A stretch of 64,000 nt of DNA from Pirellulales bacterium (lineage in GTDB: Bacteria > Planctomycetota > Planctomycetia > Pirellulales > PALSA-1355): NCBI GenBank assembly GCA_050250435.1, contig JBFWOR010000005.1, positions 170,300-234,299 of the forward strand. The letters run 5' to 3'. Numbering within the stretch: position 1 is the first letter of the stretch; each line of letters opens with the position of its first letter. Both the position numbers and the translations under genes were made by a program. This document shows, in pieces, positions 1 to 9,615 of this stretch. The notes under the pieces are model-generated. The model had not been told where the DNA came from. It ran no database searches and worked only from the letters and a program-made list of their open reading frames with translations.

Positions 1-986
1 TTCCAATTGCTGAACGAGAGCAGCGGGTTGGTCGCGTCGATCACGTTGGCCCGCTGCAGCATGCCGTCGAGCACCGGCGCGACCACGTTGTCGAAGCCCA
101 CCAGCAGCAACACGCCCAGCAGCGTGCCGCGGATGCTCCCCAGGCCGCCCAGGATGACGCAGCAGAGCATGATCATCGAGCGGTTGAAGTCGAACGCGTC
201 GGGCCCGGCGGTGCTGGTGAGCGTGGTGGCATACAGGCAGCCGGCCAAGCCGGCCAGGCCGCAACCAATCGCGAACGCCGAGAGCTTCACGCGGGCCGCA
301 TTGATGCCCATGCAGGTGGCGGCCAGTTCGTCTTCGCGGATGGCGACCCAGGCCCGGCCCAGCCGCGAGCGCTCCAGATTCACCAGCAGCCAGATGACGG
401 CCATGAGAATGCCCAGCGTCAGGTAGTAGAACAACCGATAGTCGAGGCTCCAGTCGGGCTCGATGCCCAGCGCGCGCAACGGACCGTCGAAGAACGCCGG
501 TAGTTGCGGTGGCGGAACCGGGTTGAGCCCGCGCGTGCCGGCGGTGATTTCCTCGAGGTTGCGCAGCGTAAAGCGGGTCACCTCGCCAAAGCCGAGCGTG
601 ACGATGGCCACGTAGTCGCCGCGCAGCCGGAGCGTGGGCGCGCCCAGCAGCATGCCCAACACCGCGGCGCCGAAGGTCGACGCCACCAGGGCCACGAGGA
701 ATCCGGTTTGAAACGGATACGCGCTGACCGTGAGGATGCCGGTGATGTAAGCGCCGATGCCAAAAAACGCCGCGATGCCCAGGTGCAACTGGCCGGTGTA
801 ACCGACGACGACGTTCAGCCCCAGCGCCAATATCGCGTAGATGAAAATGTAGGTGAGCTGCATGCCGATCGAGACGTCGGTCAGCCGAAACAGCGCCTGT
901 TCCGGATAGACCAACAGCGGATACAGCACCAGCACGCCGAGGTAGATTGGCCAGACGACGGGGCGTGGCGAGGTGGACGCGCTCAT
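1..986 (-). CDS. livM: Branched-chain amino acid ABC transporter permease, LivM-type (C-terminus lies beyond window start)
   Basis: Not in the ORF track because there is no stop inside the window. My own reverse-complement reading from ATG at 986 gives MSASTSPRPVVWPIYLGVLVLYPLL...GLNVVVGYTGQLHLGIAAFFGIGAYITG..., a LivM-like polytopic permease. There is an ATGA start/stop overlap with livH at 983-986. Confidence 0.85.
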   Translation of the reverse strand, partial: MSASTSPRPVVWPIYLGVLVLYPLLVYPEQALFRLTDVSIGMQLTYIFIYAILALGLNVVVGYTGQLHLGIAAFFGIGAYITGILTVSAYPFQTGFLVALVASTFGAAVLGMLLGAPTLRLRGDYVAIVTLGFGEVTRFTLRNLEEITAGTRGLNPVPPPQLPAFFDGPLRALGIEPDWSLDYRLFYYLTLGILMAVIWLLVNLERSRLGRAWVAIREDELAATCMGINAARVKLSAFAIGCGLAGLAGCLYATTLTSTAGPDAFDFNRSMIMLCCVILGGLGSIRGTLLGVLLLVGFDNVVAPVLDGMLQRANVIDATNPLLSFSNW

Positions 987-1945
987 ACCTTGTCCCTCGT
1001 GCGCGCGCCCAGCAATCCGGCCGGGCGAAACACCAGAATGGCAATCAGAATCACAAACACCAGCGCGCTCGTCCAGCGCTCGCCGACATAGCCCGAGCCG
1101 AACGACCGAGCCAGCCCGATGACGAGTCCGCCGAGCACGGCGCCGGGAATATTGCCGATGCCGCCCAGCACGGCGGCGGTGAAAGCGTACAGCCCGTTTT
1201 GAAACCCCATCTGGTAGCTGACGGTGTTGATGTACAGCCCATAGATGACGCTGGCCGCGCCGGCCAGGGCGCCGCCAAGTGCGAACGTGGCGGCGATCAC
1301 GCGGTCGACGTTGATGCCCATGAGCTGCGCCGCGACGGGATCTTGAGCGGTGGCGCGCATCGCCTTGCCCAGGCGCGTCGTTTTAACGAACACGGTCAGC
1401 GCGATCATGATCGGCACGGTAACGGCCACCACCAGCAGATCCTTATAAGTGATGCCCAAGCGGCTCTCTTCGCCCAGCGGACTCGCGTTCGAGACCAGGT
1501 TCGGAAAATCGCGGTCGGCGGCGCCGCCCCACAAGAGGCCCACGTTCATCAGCACAAAAGACACGCCGATGGCCGACACCAACGGCGCCAATTTGGGCGC
1601 GCGACGCAACGGCTTGTAGACCAGCCGATCGATCGACACGTTGACCGCTGCGCAAAACAGCGGCACTACGAGCATCATGCAAGCAATTCCCAGCCAGACG
1701 GCCGTAGGCGCGGCATCGGCGAGCCCGAACCACTCGGCCATGGCCAGCGCCAGAAAGGCGCCCAGCATGAACACGTCGCCGTGAGCGAAGTTAATCAGCT
1801 CGATGATCCCGTAGACCATCGTGTAGCCCAGCGCGATCAAGGCGAACAGGGCGCCGTTGGTCAGGCCGATCAGCGCATATTGCAGGAACGCTTGCCACAA
1901 ATCCGGCGACTCGGCCTGGGCCACGAGCAAGGGCATCGTCGTCAA
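983..1945 (-). CDS. livH: Branched-chain amino acid ABC transporter permease, LivH-type
   Basis: The 320-aa ORF contains LQYALIGLTNGALFALIALGYTMVYGIIELINFAHGDVFMLGAF, typical of the LivH family. It is translationally coupled to livM. Confidence 0.9.
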   Translation of the reverse strand: MTTMPLLVAQAESPDLWQAFLQYALIGLTNGALFALIALGYTMVYGIIELINFAHGDVFMLGAFLALAMAEWFGLADAAPTAVWLGIACMMLVVPLFCAAVNVSIDRLVYKPLRRAPKLAPLVSAIGVSFVLMNVGLLWGGAADRDFPNLVSNASPLGEESRLGITYKDLLVVAVTVPIMIALTVFVKTTRLGKAMRATAQDPVAAQLMGINVDRVIAATFALGGALAGAASVIYGLYINTVSYQMGFQNGLYAFTAAVLGGIGNIPGAVLGGLVIGLARSFGSGYVGERWTSALVFVILIAILVFRPAGLLGARTRDKV

Positions 1946-2005
1946 CGGCGGTCTCCCTGTCGCGTCGGCCGCGCGCGCAGCCGGACGCCAGGCCCGGCCG
2001 TGGCA

Positions 2006-3220
2006 CTACTGCCCCAGGATTTTGACAAATTCGAAATGGCCATTGTGCACGGTACTGCCGGTGACGGTGGACAATGTGCTGTCGCCGTTTTTGTCGAACG
2101 ACCAGGTGCCGAGCGCGCCCTGATCGAAGTCCTTGATCTCCTGGCACGCCTTGAGAATCGCCGCGCGATCCTTGACGCCGGCGCGGCGAATGGCCTCGAT
2201 GGCTGCCTTGGCCGCCTCGTAGCCGTAGATGGCGTAGCCTTCCGGCAGCCCGCCGAATTGCTGCTGATACTTGTCGACGAACTTCTTGCCGGGTCCGGTC
2301 AGCTTATCGGGCGGCATACCGCCGAACGTGATGAAGCAGCGGTCGTTGAGGTTCTCCGCACCGGCAGATTTGATGAACGCCTCTTCATAGCACGCGTCGG
2401 GCACCATGAGCTTGCTATCCAAGCCGGCGGCCACCAGGTCTTTGGCGATCTGCCCGCCCTTGGATTGTGTGGTGCCGCCGAAGTAGACCAGATCCGGCTT
2501 GAGGCCTTTGATCGTAGCCATCAGCGGCTTGAATTCCTGGGCCTTCACGTCGATGCTCTCGTGCCCGACCACCTCGATGCCCAAATCCTGGCAGGCCTCG
2601 ATGAACAGCGTGGCGATGCCTTTGCCGTAGACTTCGTTGTCGTCCAGCACGTACACGCGCTGCACGCCCATTTCCTTGGCCCACAGCGCGCCCAGCGGCG
2701 CCTGCTGATCATCGGTCGGCACGATGCGCAAATAATTGATATGGCCCGTGGGGCGATAGATGTCGGGCTCACCGGGATCGCCTTTGCCGGGCTTGGTCAG
2801 GCCGGGCCAGGTGTTGGCGGGGCTGATCATCAGCAACCCGGCCTTGTTCAAGATGGGCATCGAGATCTTGGCGGCACCCGAGTTGTAGGTGCCCAGGTAC
2901 ACCATCACGTCCGGATCGTGTACGGCCCGGTTGGCATTAGCCGTTTCGGCCTCGGCCGTCCACTGACCGGCACCCGCCGTGGCGTCGTCCCAGTCGGCGT
3001 ACTCGATCTCGAATGGCCCGGCTTTGTAGCCGGCTTCTTCCAGGGCGATCTTGATGCCGTTGACGATCGTGTCGGTCTGGGCCTTGGCGCTACCCGTGCG
3101 CGGGAGACTGGAAACGACTTTGACCCGATTCGGATCGCCGCCCGACGGAATTCCCCAGCCGACCACCGTCAGCACTGCCAGCATGGCAATCAGTAGCAAA
3201 GGGGCGACGTAACGTGCCAT
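2006..3220 (-). CDS. ABC transporter substrate-binding protein, Leu/Ile/Val-binding (type I periplasmic binding protein) family
   Basis: 404-aa ORF with an N-terminal hydrophobic anchor/signal. It has LivK/LivJ-like motifs (GTYNSGAAKISMPILNKAGLLMISPANTWPGLT) and sits directly upstream of livH on the same strand. Confidence 0.85.
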   Translation of the reverse strand: MARYVAPLLLIAMLAVLTVVGWGIPSGGDPNRVKVVSSLPRTGSAKAQTDTIVNGIKIALEEAGYKAGPFEIEYADWDDATAGAGQWTAEAETANANRAVHDPDVMVYLGTYNSGAAKISMPILNKAGLLMISPANTWPGLTKPGKGDPGEPDIYRPTGHINYLRIVPTDDQQAPLGALWAKEMGVQRVYVLDDNEVYGKGIATLFIEACQDLGIEVVGHESIDVKAQEFKPLMATIKGLKPDLVYFGGTTQSKGGQIAKDLVAAGLDSKLMVPDACYEEAFIKSAGAENLNDRCFITFGGMPPDKLTGPGKKFVDKYQQQFGGLPEGYAIYGYEAAKAAIEAIRRAGVKDRAAILKACQEIKDFDQGALGTWSFDKNGDSTLSTVTGSTVHNGHFEFVKILGQ

Positions 3221-3488
3221 GCGCGTTCACAGGGGCAATTCGGGGAACCTTGGGTACGAGCCGTGCGAATTGTAGCGCAAGCAAAAATGCACGTCAATTC
3301 GGCGCCACTGCCGCACAGCAAACCCGCTGCAACGCCGCAAACAGCGCGGACGCGTTCATCCGCGGCCGCGATCTTGACGCGCCGGCGGACCTTCGAGTAC
3401 CGTTCGCCGCCTCGCGCCCAAGGCCGGCGGATCGTCGGCCGTGCGCGATCGACCAAACACTTCATTACCAGCCGCCCCCAGGTGGATT

Positions 3489-4694
3489 ATGAGCGTTGCA
3501 CCCCTCGAACATCGTTGGGCCACTCCGCCGGTGCCGCCGGCCTTTGTCTCCACACAGCCGACGCCCGTTCCGTTGCTCGACGTGTCGCGTCAGTATCACG
3601 CGATTCGCGATGACGTGGCCAAGGCGTTGGCGCGGGTGTGCGACTCCGGCCGTTTTATCCTCGGGCCGGATTGTGAGGAGCTCGAACGCCGACTGGCCGA
3701 ATACTGCCAGGTGTCCCACGCCGTGGGATGCGCCTCGGGCAGTGACGCGCTGGTGTTGGCGCTCATGGCGCTTGGCGTCGGACCGGGCGACGAAGTGCTC
3801 ATGCCCAGCTACACGTTTTTCGCCACCGCCAGTGCGGCCTGGCGGTTGGGCGCCAAGCCGGTGTTCGTTGACATCGACCCGGTGACGTACAACATCGATC
3901 CCAACAAGGTCGAAGTGCTAATCTCGCCGGCCACCAAGGCGATCCTGCCGGTGCACTTGTACGGCCAGTGTGCCGACATGCGGGCGCTGGAAACGATTGC
4001 TCGCACGCACAAGGTGCCGCTGGTGGAAGATGCCTGCCAGGCCATAGGCGCGGAATTCGCCGGCCGTCGGGCGGGCAGCTGCAGCGCGATCGGCTGTTTC
4101 AGCTTCTATCCCACGAAGAATCTGGGCGGCTACGGCGACGGCGGATTGTTGACCACGCACGACGCCGCCCTGGCAGAGCAGCTGCGCCTGTTGCGTGGCC
4201 ACGGCATGCAGCCGCGTTACTATCACCAGGTGGTGGGCGTGAACAGCCGGCTCGATTCGCTGCAGGCGGCCGTGCTCAACGTCAAGCTTCCTCACCTCGA
4301 TCGTTGGACCACCGACCGGCAGACGAATGCTCAGCGCTACCACGAGCTATTTGCCGCGAACCGGCTGGAGCACTTGCTGGGCCTGCCGCACACGGCCCCG
4401 GGCCGCCGCCACGTGTGGAATCAATACATCATCCGCGTGCCGGACGGACGGCGCGACGCGTTGCGCGCGTATCTGGCGGAACGCAAAATCGGCACCGAGA
4501 TTTACTATCCCGTGCCGCTGCACTTGCAGGCCTGTTTTGCCGCGCTGGGCTACGAGCAGGGCAGCCTGCCGGAATCGGAGCGGGCGGCGCACGAAACGCT
4601 GGCGCTGCCAATCTTCCCCGAGCTGACCGCGGCCGAACAGCAAGTGGTGGTGCGCGAGATTGCCGCCTATTGGCACGGCCCACGTCTGGCCTAA
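3489..4694 (+). CDS. DegT/DnrJ/EryC1/StrS family PLP-dependent sugar aminotransferase
   Basis: The ORF 3441..4694 contains GPDCEELERRLAEYCQVSHAVGCASGSDALVLALMALGVGPGDEVLMPSYTFFATASA and FYPTKNLGGYGDGG (PLP-Lys region). The ATG at 3489 (MSVAPLEH) is preferred over the alternative start at 3441, but the start is uncertain. Confidence 0.85.
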   Translation: MSVAPLEHRWATPPVPPAFVSTQPTPVPLLDVSRQYHAIRDDVAKALARVCDSGRFILGPDCEELERRLAEYCQVSHAVGCASGSDALVLALMALGVGPGDEVLMPSYTFFATASAAWRLGAKPVFVDIDPVTYNIDPNKVEVLISPATKAILPVHLYGQCADMRALETIARTHKVPLVEDACQAIGAEFAGRRAGSCSAIGCFSFYPTKNLGGYGDGGLLTTHDAALAEQLRLLRGHGMQPRYYHQVVGVNSRLDSLQAAVLNVKLPHLDRWTTDRQTNAQRYHELFAANRLEHLLGLPHTAPGRRHVWNQYIIRVPDGRRDALRAYLAERKIGTEIYYPVPLHLQACFAALGYEQGSLPESERAAHETLALPIFPELTAAEQQVVVREIAAYWHGPRLA

Positions 4695-4784
4695 GGTCTC
4701 GGCAACGCTACTCGAATCCAGTCGCCGCGGGGTGCCAGGTTCGCGCGTTTGAACGTGCTGGCGCACGAGCCAACATCGACCGGG

Positions 4785-5069
4785 CTACGCTTCGTCGTCG
4801 TGAATGCGCTCTTTCGGCTTGTCGGCGCGCGTTGATGGCCGCACGGCCGCCATCAACCCGAGTCCCACAACCATGATCACGATCACGTAGCTGACGACGT
4901 AGCTCTTCTTGGGCGCCGCGGCCGCTTCTTCTTTTTTCTTCTTGGCTGCCAGGGCTGGCGACACCAGCACGAGCGTCAGCACCAGCGTCCAGAGCAGCCA
5001 CCGGGTGCCGCGCCGCAATGGATCGGCCGCCGCCCGCGTCGAGCGCATCGTTTGCATCATATGCCTCAT
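4785..5069 (-). CDS. Small membrane protein, hypothetical (two hydrophobic segments separated by a KKKKEE linker)
   Basis: This is ORF 4785..5096. The internal ATG at 5069 forms an ATGA overlap (5066-5069) with the stop of the upstream HYExAFE gene. The sequence is MRHMMQTMRS...WLLWTLVLTLVLVSPALAAKKKKEEAAAAPKKSYVVSYVIVIMVVGLGLMAAV. No family was recognised. Confidence 0.45.
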   Translation of the reverse strand: MRHMMQTMRSTRAAADPLRRGTRWLLWTLVLTLVLVSPALAAKKKKEEAAAAPKKSYVVSYVIVIMVVGLGLMAAVRPSTRADKPKERIHDDEA

Positions 5070-5638
5070 AGAGGAATCTCCGCCGCCTGCCGACAATCGA
5101 ACAAAAACGCTTCCACCGGCGCTGCCAGTTCGCGAAAACGGCCCACGGGCATCGCCAACGTATCCCAGCGGGGCGAAATGGGCCGGGCGTGCCGCGCGTA
5201 TTCCGCCAGTCGAATGGCCACAAACCCGTACAGCCCGCCGCGAAACGCGAACAACCGCTCCACCGCCAGCGGCGAGCGATCGCCGACGATATTATAAGCG
5301 AACACGAACAATCCGCCAAAAGGCGCGCCAAACAGCTGCTCCCACCGCGACAGGCTGATCAGGTCGTCGCGCGTGGACCAGTTTTTCCAGTAGTGCTTTT
5401 GCTCGCCGGAGGGAAAGCGGCGGCCCTTTACGTCCACGAGCCAGGAGGAGCTGCCCGGCGGCGAGACGATGAAATCCAGGCTCTTGAGCGTCCCCTGCTC
5501 AAAGCGGCTGCGCTTGGCCTCGTCGACGGCCACGTACGGCACTGCCCGCTCACGCAGGTAGGCCTCGAACGCGGCTTCGTAGTGATTCTCGCGATTGGCC
5601 ATTTTTTGAGAGCTGTGCCCCCGCAGGATCCCCCACAT
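5066..5638 (-). CDS. HYExAFE family protein (PD-(D/E)XK nuclease-like fold suspected)
   Basis: The 190-aa ORF contains the name-giving motif NHYEAAFEAYL, followed by LDFIVSPPGSSSWLVDVKGRRF (a D...D-x-K pattern). The start could be ATG 5638 or ATG 5602. Confidence 0.7.
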   Translation of the reverse strand: MWGILRGHSSQKMANRENHYEAAFEAYLRERAVPYVAVDEAKRSRFEQGTLKSLDFIVSPPGSSSWLVDVKGRRFPSGEQKHYWKNWSTRDDLISLSRWEQLFGAPFGGLFVFAYNIVGDRSPLAVERLFAFRGGLYGFVAIRLAEYARHARPISPRWDTLAMPVGRFRELAAPVEAFLFDCRQAAEIPL

Positions 5639-5749
5639 ACGTGGACAAGTTTACCGCTCAGAGGTACCGGGCGCCAATCGCTCGTGCAGCATGAGAACTG
5701 TGGGGAAAGGGACCATCGAGGCCCGACTGTGAGGCACCGACCGCTGGAA

Positions 5750-7087
5750 TTACGATTTGCCCCGCAGACGCTCGGCCAGCGTTGCCGGCACCGCCGCCAA
5801 CGCGACTTGCGTGCTTTCGCCCGTGGCCAGGTCCTTGATCTGGCAAGTGCCCGCCTGCCATTCGTCCGGGCCGATGATGACGGCCAGCGCAAAGCCGCGA
5901 CGGTCGGCGTATTTGAGCTGCTGGCCGATTTTCTTGGCCTCGGGATACAGCTCCACGCCGATCCTTGCGCGGCGAATCTCCGCCGCCAATCGCAAGTAGT
6001 CGTGCAGTCGCTCCGCGTCAAACAGCGGCATGAACACCGGCGCCGGCGTACTCACCTTTTGCACGAGGCCCAGCTCTTCGAGCGCCGCCAGCAACCGATC
6101 GAGTCCCAGCGACGCGCCGATGCCCGGCAACTCTTCCTTGGTGTACAGCCCGGCCAGATTGTCGTAGCGGCCGCCGGAGCACACGCTGCCAATGCCGGGC
6201 AGGCGATCCAGAAACGTTTCGAACACCGTGCCCGTGTAGTAGTCGAGCCCGCGGGCAATCGAAGGGGCGATGCGGATGCGCGCCGGTTCCACACCGGCGG
6301 CGGTCACCGCCGAGAGCAGATCCGTCAGTTTGCCCACTCCTTCTTCACCCTTCGCCGTGCCGCCCACGAGCTTCGCCAATTCGGCGAGCACATGCCGGTT
6401 GTCGCCGTCGATGTCGGCCAACGCCAACAGACCGTCGACTTGTTCGCGAGTGGCGCCGGCGACGGCGGTCATCTCGTCGGCCACTTTGTCGCGGCCCGCC
6501 TTGGCCAGCTTGTCGAGCGCCCGCAACACGAGCGCCGTCTGGTCAGACAACTCGTAGCGCTCCAGCAACCCGGCCAGCACCAACCGATTGTTGACATTGA
6601 TGGTGAAATCGCGAATGCCCAGCGCCTGGAACAAATCGTGAATCACGAGCGCCGACTCAATGTCGGCGGTCAGGGCCTTGGTGCCGATGGTGTCGAAATC
6701 GCACTGCATGAACTCGCGATAGCGGCCGCGCTGCGTGTTCTCGCCGCGCCACACCGTGGCAATGTGATAGCGCTTGAACGGCGTTCCCAGCTGGCCCACG
6801 TGCTCGGCCACAAACCGTGCCAAGGGCACCGTGAGGTCGAACCGCATGCCCACCCAGCGCCCGCCATGGTCCTGGAACTTGTAGAGCTGCTTGTCGGTCT
6901 CTTCGCTCCCCTTGCCGGTGAGGATTTCGAGGTACTCGAGTGCCGGCGTGTCGATGGGGCTGAAACCGTACGAGCGATAGACCCGCCGGGCCGTGTCGAT
7001 CAGCCACTCGCGCGGAATCATCGTCTCGGGAAGGTAGTCGCGAAAGCCCTTCAGCGTGCGGGGCTCGATACGTTTGACGTCGTTCAC
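5750..7087 (-). CDS. hisS: Histidine--tRNA ligase
   Basis: 445-aa ORF with PRTLKGFRDYLPETM, YKFQDHGGRWVGMRFDLTVPLARF and GGRYDNL class II motifs. It uses a GTG start. Confidence 0.95.
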   Translation of the reverse strand: MNDVKRIEPRTLKGFRDYLPETMIPREWLIDTARRVYRSYGFSPIDTPALEYLEILTGKGSEETDKQLYKFQDHGGRWVGMRFDLTVPLARFVAEHVGQLGTPFKRYHIATVWRGENTQRGRYREFMQCDFDTIGTKALTADIESALVIHDLFQALGIRDFTINVNNRLVLAGLLERYELSDQTALVLRALDKLAKAGRDKVADEMTAVAGATREQVDGLLALADIDGDNRHVLAELAKLVGGTAKGEEGVGKLTDLLSAVTAAGVEPARIRIAPSIARGLDYYTGTVFETFLDRLPGIGSVCSGGRYDNLAGLYTKEELPGIGASLGLDRLLAALEELGLVQKVSTPAPVFMPLFDAERLHDYLRLAAEIRRARIGVELYPEAKKIGQQLKYADRRGFALAVIIGPDEWQAGTCQIKDLATGESTQVALAAVPATLAERLRGKS

Positions 7088-7099
7088 GGTCGATCCATC

Positions 7100-7639
7100 T
7101 TAGGCGGTCAAAACCGGCAACAACGGGGGTTTGGCGCTGCGGATGCTCTGGCCCCGTTTTTTGGGCAACACAGCCTCTGCGTACTCGACCACTTGTTCCG
7201 ACGTTTCCAAATACTGCTCGTACAGCCACTCGTCCTCGTACTCGCAGTCCTTGGTGGAATACTCGCGGCAAATCATCGGCCGGGTGTGGTACACGCCGCA
7301 GCGATTGTCGCTCAGCAGGTGCTTGCAAGTCGTGTGCACCAGCAGATACCAGGTGTCGTCTTCCTTGAACAGGCTGGACGCGTCGTGCATGAGATACCAG
7401 CGCACGAATTCCCAATCGCGGGCGTCGGTCGGGGTTTCGACCGCCAGCGCAAAGTATTTGCAGCACTTGGCCGAGCAGTGATTGCACAACACGTCGCCCG
7501 GCAACAATTGTTCCCGGCGCAGCTTGGGCACGAGGGGAGGGCTGATCACGCGTGAGATTCCTGGCGTGGCAATAGGTTCGCGCGGTTCCCGCGACAGCGG
7601 CACCGCTCGCTGCCAGATTAACAAACACCCGCCCGGCAC
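7100..7639 (-). CDS. YkgJ-family cysteine-cluster protein (CxxCxxCC, UPF0153-like)
   Basis: The ORF contains CNHCSAKCCKYF ... CKHLLSDNRCGVYHTRPMICREY. The start is uncertain: GTG 7639 or GTG 7549. Confidence 0.7.
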   Translation of the reverse strand: MPGGCLLIWQRAVPLSREPREPIATPGISRVISPPLVPKLRREQLLPGDVLCNHCSAKCCKYFALAVETPTDARDWEFVRWYLMHDASSLFKEDDTWYLLVHTTCKHLLSDNRCGVYHTRPMICREYSTKDCEYEDEWLYEQYLETSEQVVEYAEAVLPKKRGQSIRSAKPPLLPVLTA

Positions 7640-7681
7640 GCCAGCGCACTCACGCGGCGCTATTGCCGCTGCGGCGCCAAC

Positions 7682-8281
7682 TTAGCGCGAGAAGACATAG
7701 CTCCAGCAAATGGTGCGCACCGCGACCGACTGCGCCGGCAGCTCCGGCACAATGGCGATCTCGCCGTCCGCAACCGTCAGTCGCGCCTCAGGCTCCGCAG
7801 TCGGCACTGAGAGGCACGGGCCGGCGCGGTTCGGCTCAGTCGGTGCTCGTGGGGCGGCGAACTGCACATTCGTGGACGTGGCGCGTTCGACCGGCGTTGC
7901 CAATTGATAGCGACTTCCCAAGGGCCCGCGCGGTTCGGCCGCGCGGCAGGCGATTTCAAAACGCACCTGGGCCACGCGCGGATCGAGCTCGATACCGGCC
8001 GACCAGTGGCTCTTGCCCGCCATGCCCACCAGCAGCGCCACCTGGCTACCCCCGGCGCGCGGCTCAACGTGCAGCGATTGCCAGGGGGGGCTGGCCGGCC
8101 ACGGCTCGCTGGGGTCACCTTCGACGGACTCCAGCAGACGCGTCCACTCGCCCCCGCGGTCGGCCCATAGTGCGTGGGTATAGCGATCGTCGCGCCAGGT
8201 GAAGCACACCCGCAGCCCGGCGACTTCCAGAGTCACATCGTCAATTGCCATAACGGGAGGACGGCGTCGCGGGCGCGGCAT
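7682..8281 (-). CDS. Hypothetical protein
   Basis: 199-aa ORF in the coding-dense minus-strand block, with no recognisable motif. The internal ATG at 8251 (MAIDDVTLEV) is an alternative start. Confidence 0.45.
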   Translation of the reverse strand: MPRPRRRPPVMAIDDVTLEVAGLRVCFTWRDDRYTHALWADRGGEWTRLLESVEGDPSEPWPASPPWQSLHVEPRAGGSQVALLVGMAGKSHWSAGIELDPRVAQVRFEIACRAAEPRGPLGSRYQLATPVERATSTNVQFAAPRAPTEPNRAGPCLSVPTAEPEARLTVADGEIAIVPELPAQSVAVRTICWSYVFSR

Positions 8282-8307
8282 CGCCCGGCACCGCGGGACT
8301 CAAGGAA

Positions 8308-9400
8308 CTAGCTCGCGCGCCACTGCAGATAGGCGTCCAGAAACCCCTGCAGATTACCGTCGAGCACCGTTTGAAAATTGCTCATCTGGTGGCCGGTGCG
8401 AGTGTCCTTGACGCGCTGGTCGGGATGCAAAAAATAACTGCGAATCTGCGAGCCGAACCCGGTCTTGGCCTTCTCCTGATATTTGGCGGCCTGCTCGGCC
8501 TCGCGCTTCTCTTCTTCCATGCGCGCCAGGCGGGCCCGCAGCATCTTGAGCGCGGTGGCGCGATTCTTGTGCTGCGAGCGCTCGTTCTGGCATTGCACGA
8601 CGATGCCGGACGGCAGATGCGTCAACCGAATGGCACTGGACGTCTTATTGACGTGCTGCCCCCCTGCTCCGCTGGCACGAAACACATCTTCGCGAATATC
8701 GTCATCCTTGAGCTCGATCTCTACCGAGTCGCTAATTTCCGGCGAAACGTCGACGGCGGCGAAACTCGTCTGCCGTTTGCCTTCGGCGTTGTACGGGCTG
8801 ATGCGCACCAGGCGGTGCATGCCCGTCTCGCCTTTGAGATAGCCATAGGCCATAGGGCCGCGAATCGCCAGCGCCGCGCTTTGTATCCCGGCCACGATGT
8901 CGTCCTGGCGATCGAGAATCTCCACGTCGTAGTCGTTCTTTTGCGCCCAGTGAATGTACATGCGCAACAGCATCTCGGCCCAGTCGTTGGCGTCGGTGCC
9001 GCCGTCGCGCGCGTTGATCGTCATGATCGCGCCTTTGGAATCGTAGGGGCCGTTGAGCAGGCCCTTGAGCTCCAACTGGCGGACCAGCGCGTCGAGCCGC
9101 GCCACCTCGCCGGCCAGTTCGCCAGCCAGCGACTCGTCTTCCTGGGCCATTTCCACCAGCGCCGCCAGATCCCCCGCGCCCGTCACCGCCTCATCCAGCG
9201 GCTTTACGAGGGTGCCCAGAGACTTGAGTTCGGCGATGGTGGCCTGAGCGCGGTCCTGATTGTCCCAAAAGCCCGGGGCGGCCATCCGCGCTTCGATGTC
9301 GGCGGTTTGCGCCTTCTTGGCAGCGTAGTCAAAGAGAGTCTCGAAGTTGGACGATGCGCTGCTGAATGGCCTCGGCCCGATCAATCAATTCTCTATCCAT
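8308..9400 (-). CDS. prfB: Peptide chain release factor 2, expressed through a programmed +1 frameshift
   Basis: The ORF-track frame 8308..9384 carries the GGQ motif (SGAGGQHVNKTSSAIRLTHLPSGIVVQCQNERSQHKN). My own reading finds ATG at 9400 followed by 23 codons (MDRELIDRAEAIQQRIVQLRDSL), then an in-frame TGA within CTT TGA C (9334-9328). Shifting +1 joins DYAAKKAQTADIEARMAAPGFWDNQDRAQ... of the main frame. Confidence 0.92.
9328..9334 (-). promoter_or_regulatory. prfB autoregulatory +1 frameshift site CTT TGA C
   Basis: This heptanucleotide was read directly on the minus strand (CTT 9334-9332, TGA 9331-9329, C 9328). It is identical to the canonical RF2 recoding site. Confidence 0.85.
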
Positions 9401-9615
9401 GACGGCTCTCAGAAGTGGATGGGCAGACGCACGCCAGGCGCGAGTCACTCCCCAAGGAATGCAGGCCCGCCGCGCTCGATGGGCAATTATACCCCTGGCG
9501 ACGGTTTGTAGAAGAGGATCGGCCGCAAGGACTGCCTTCCCGTTGGCACCGCAACGCCCCGCGCGACAATTCCATCGCTGCCACGACGGGCTCGATCGCG
9601 ATCAACCGCACGCGA

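Noticed and set aside
947-3196. 749-aa + strand ORF spanning the liv locus
   Set aside because: It is antisense to three ORFs with clear LivH/LivM/binding-protein homology. Its translation is Arg/Ala/Gly/His-rich low complexity with no motif. This is a typical high-GC antisense open frame.
5189-7555. 788-aa + strand ORF
   Set aside because: It is antisense to hisS and to the HYExAFE and YkgJ genes. The composition is low-complexity R/A/G/Q with no recognisable domain.
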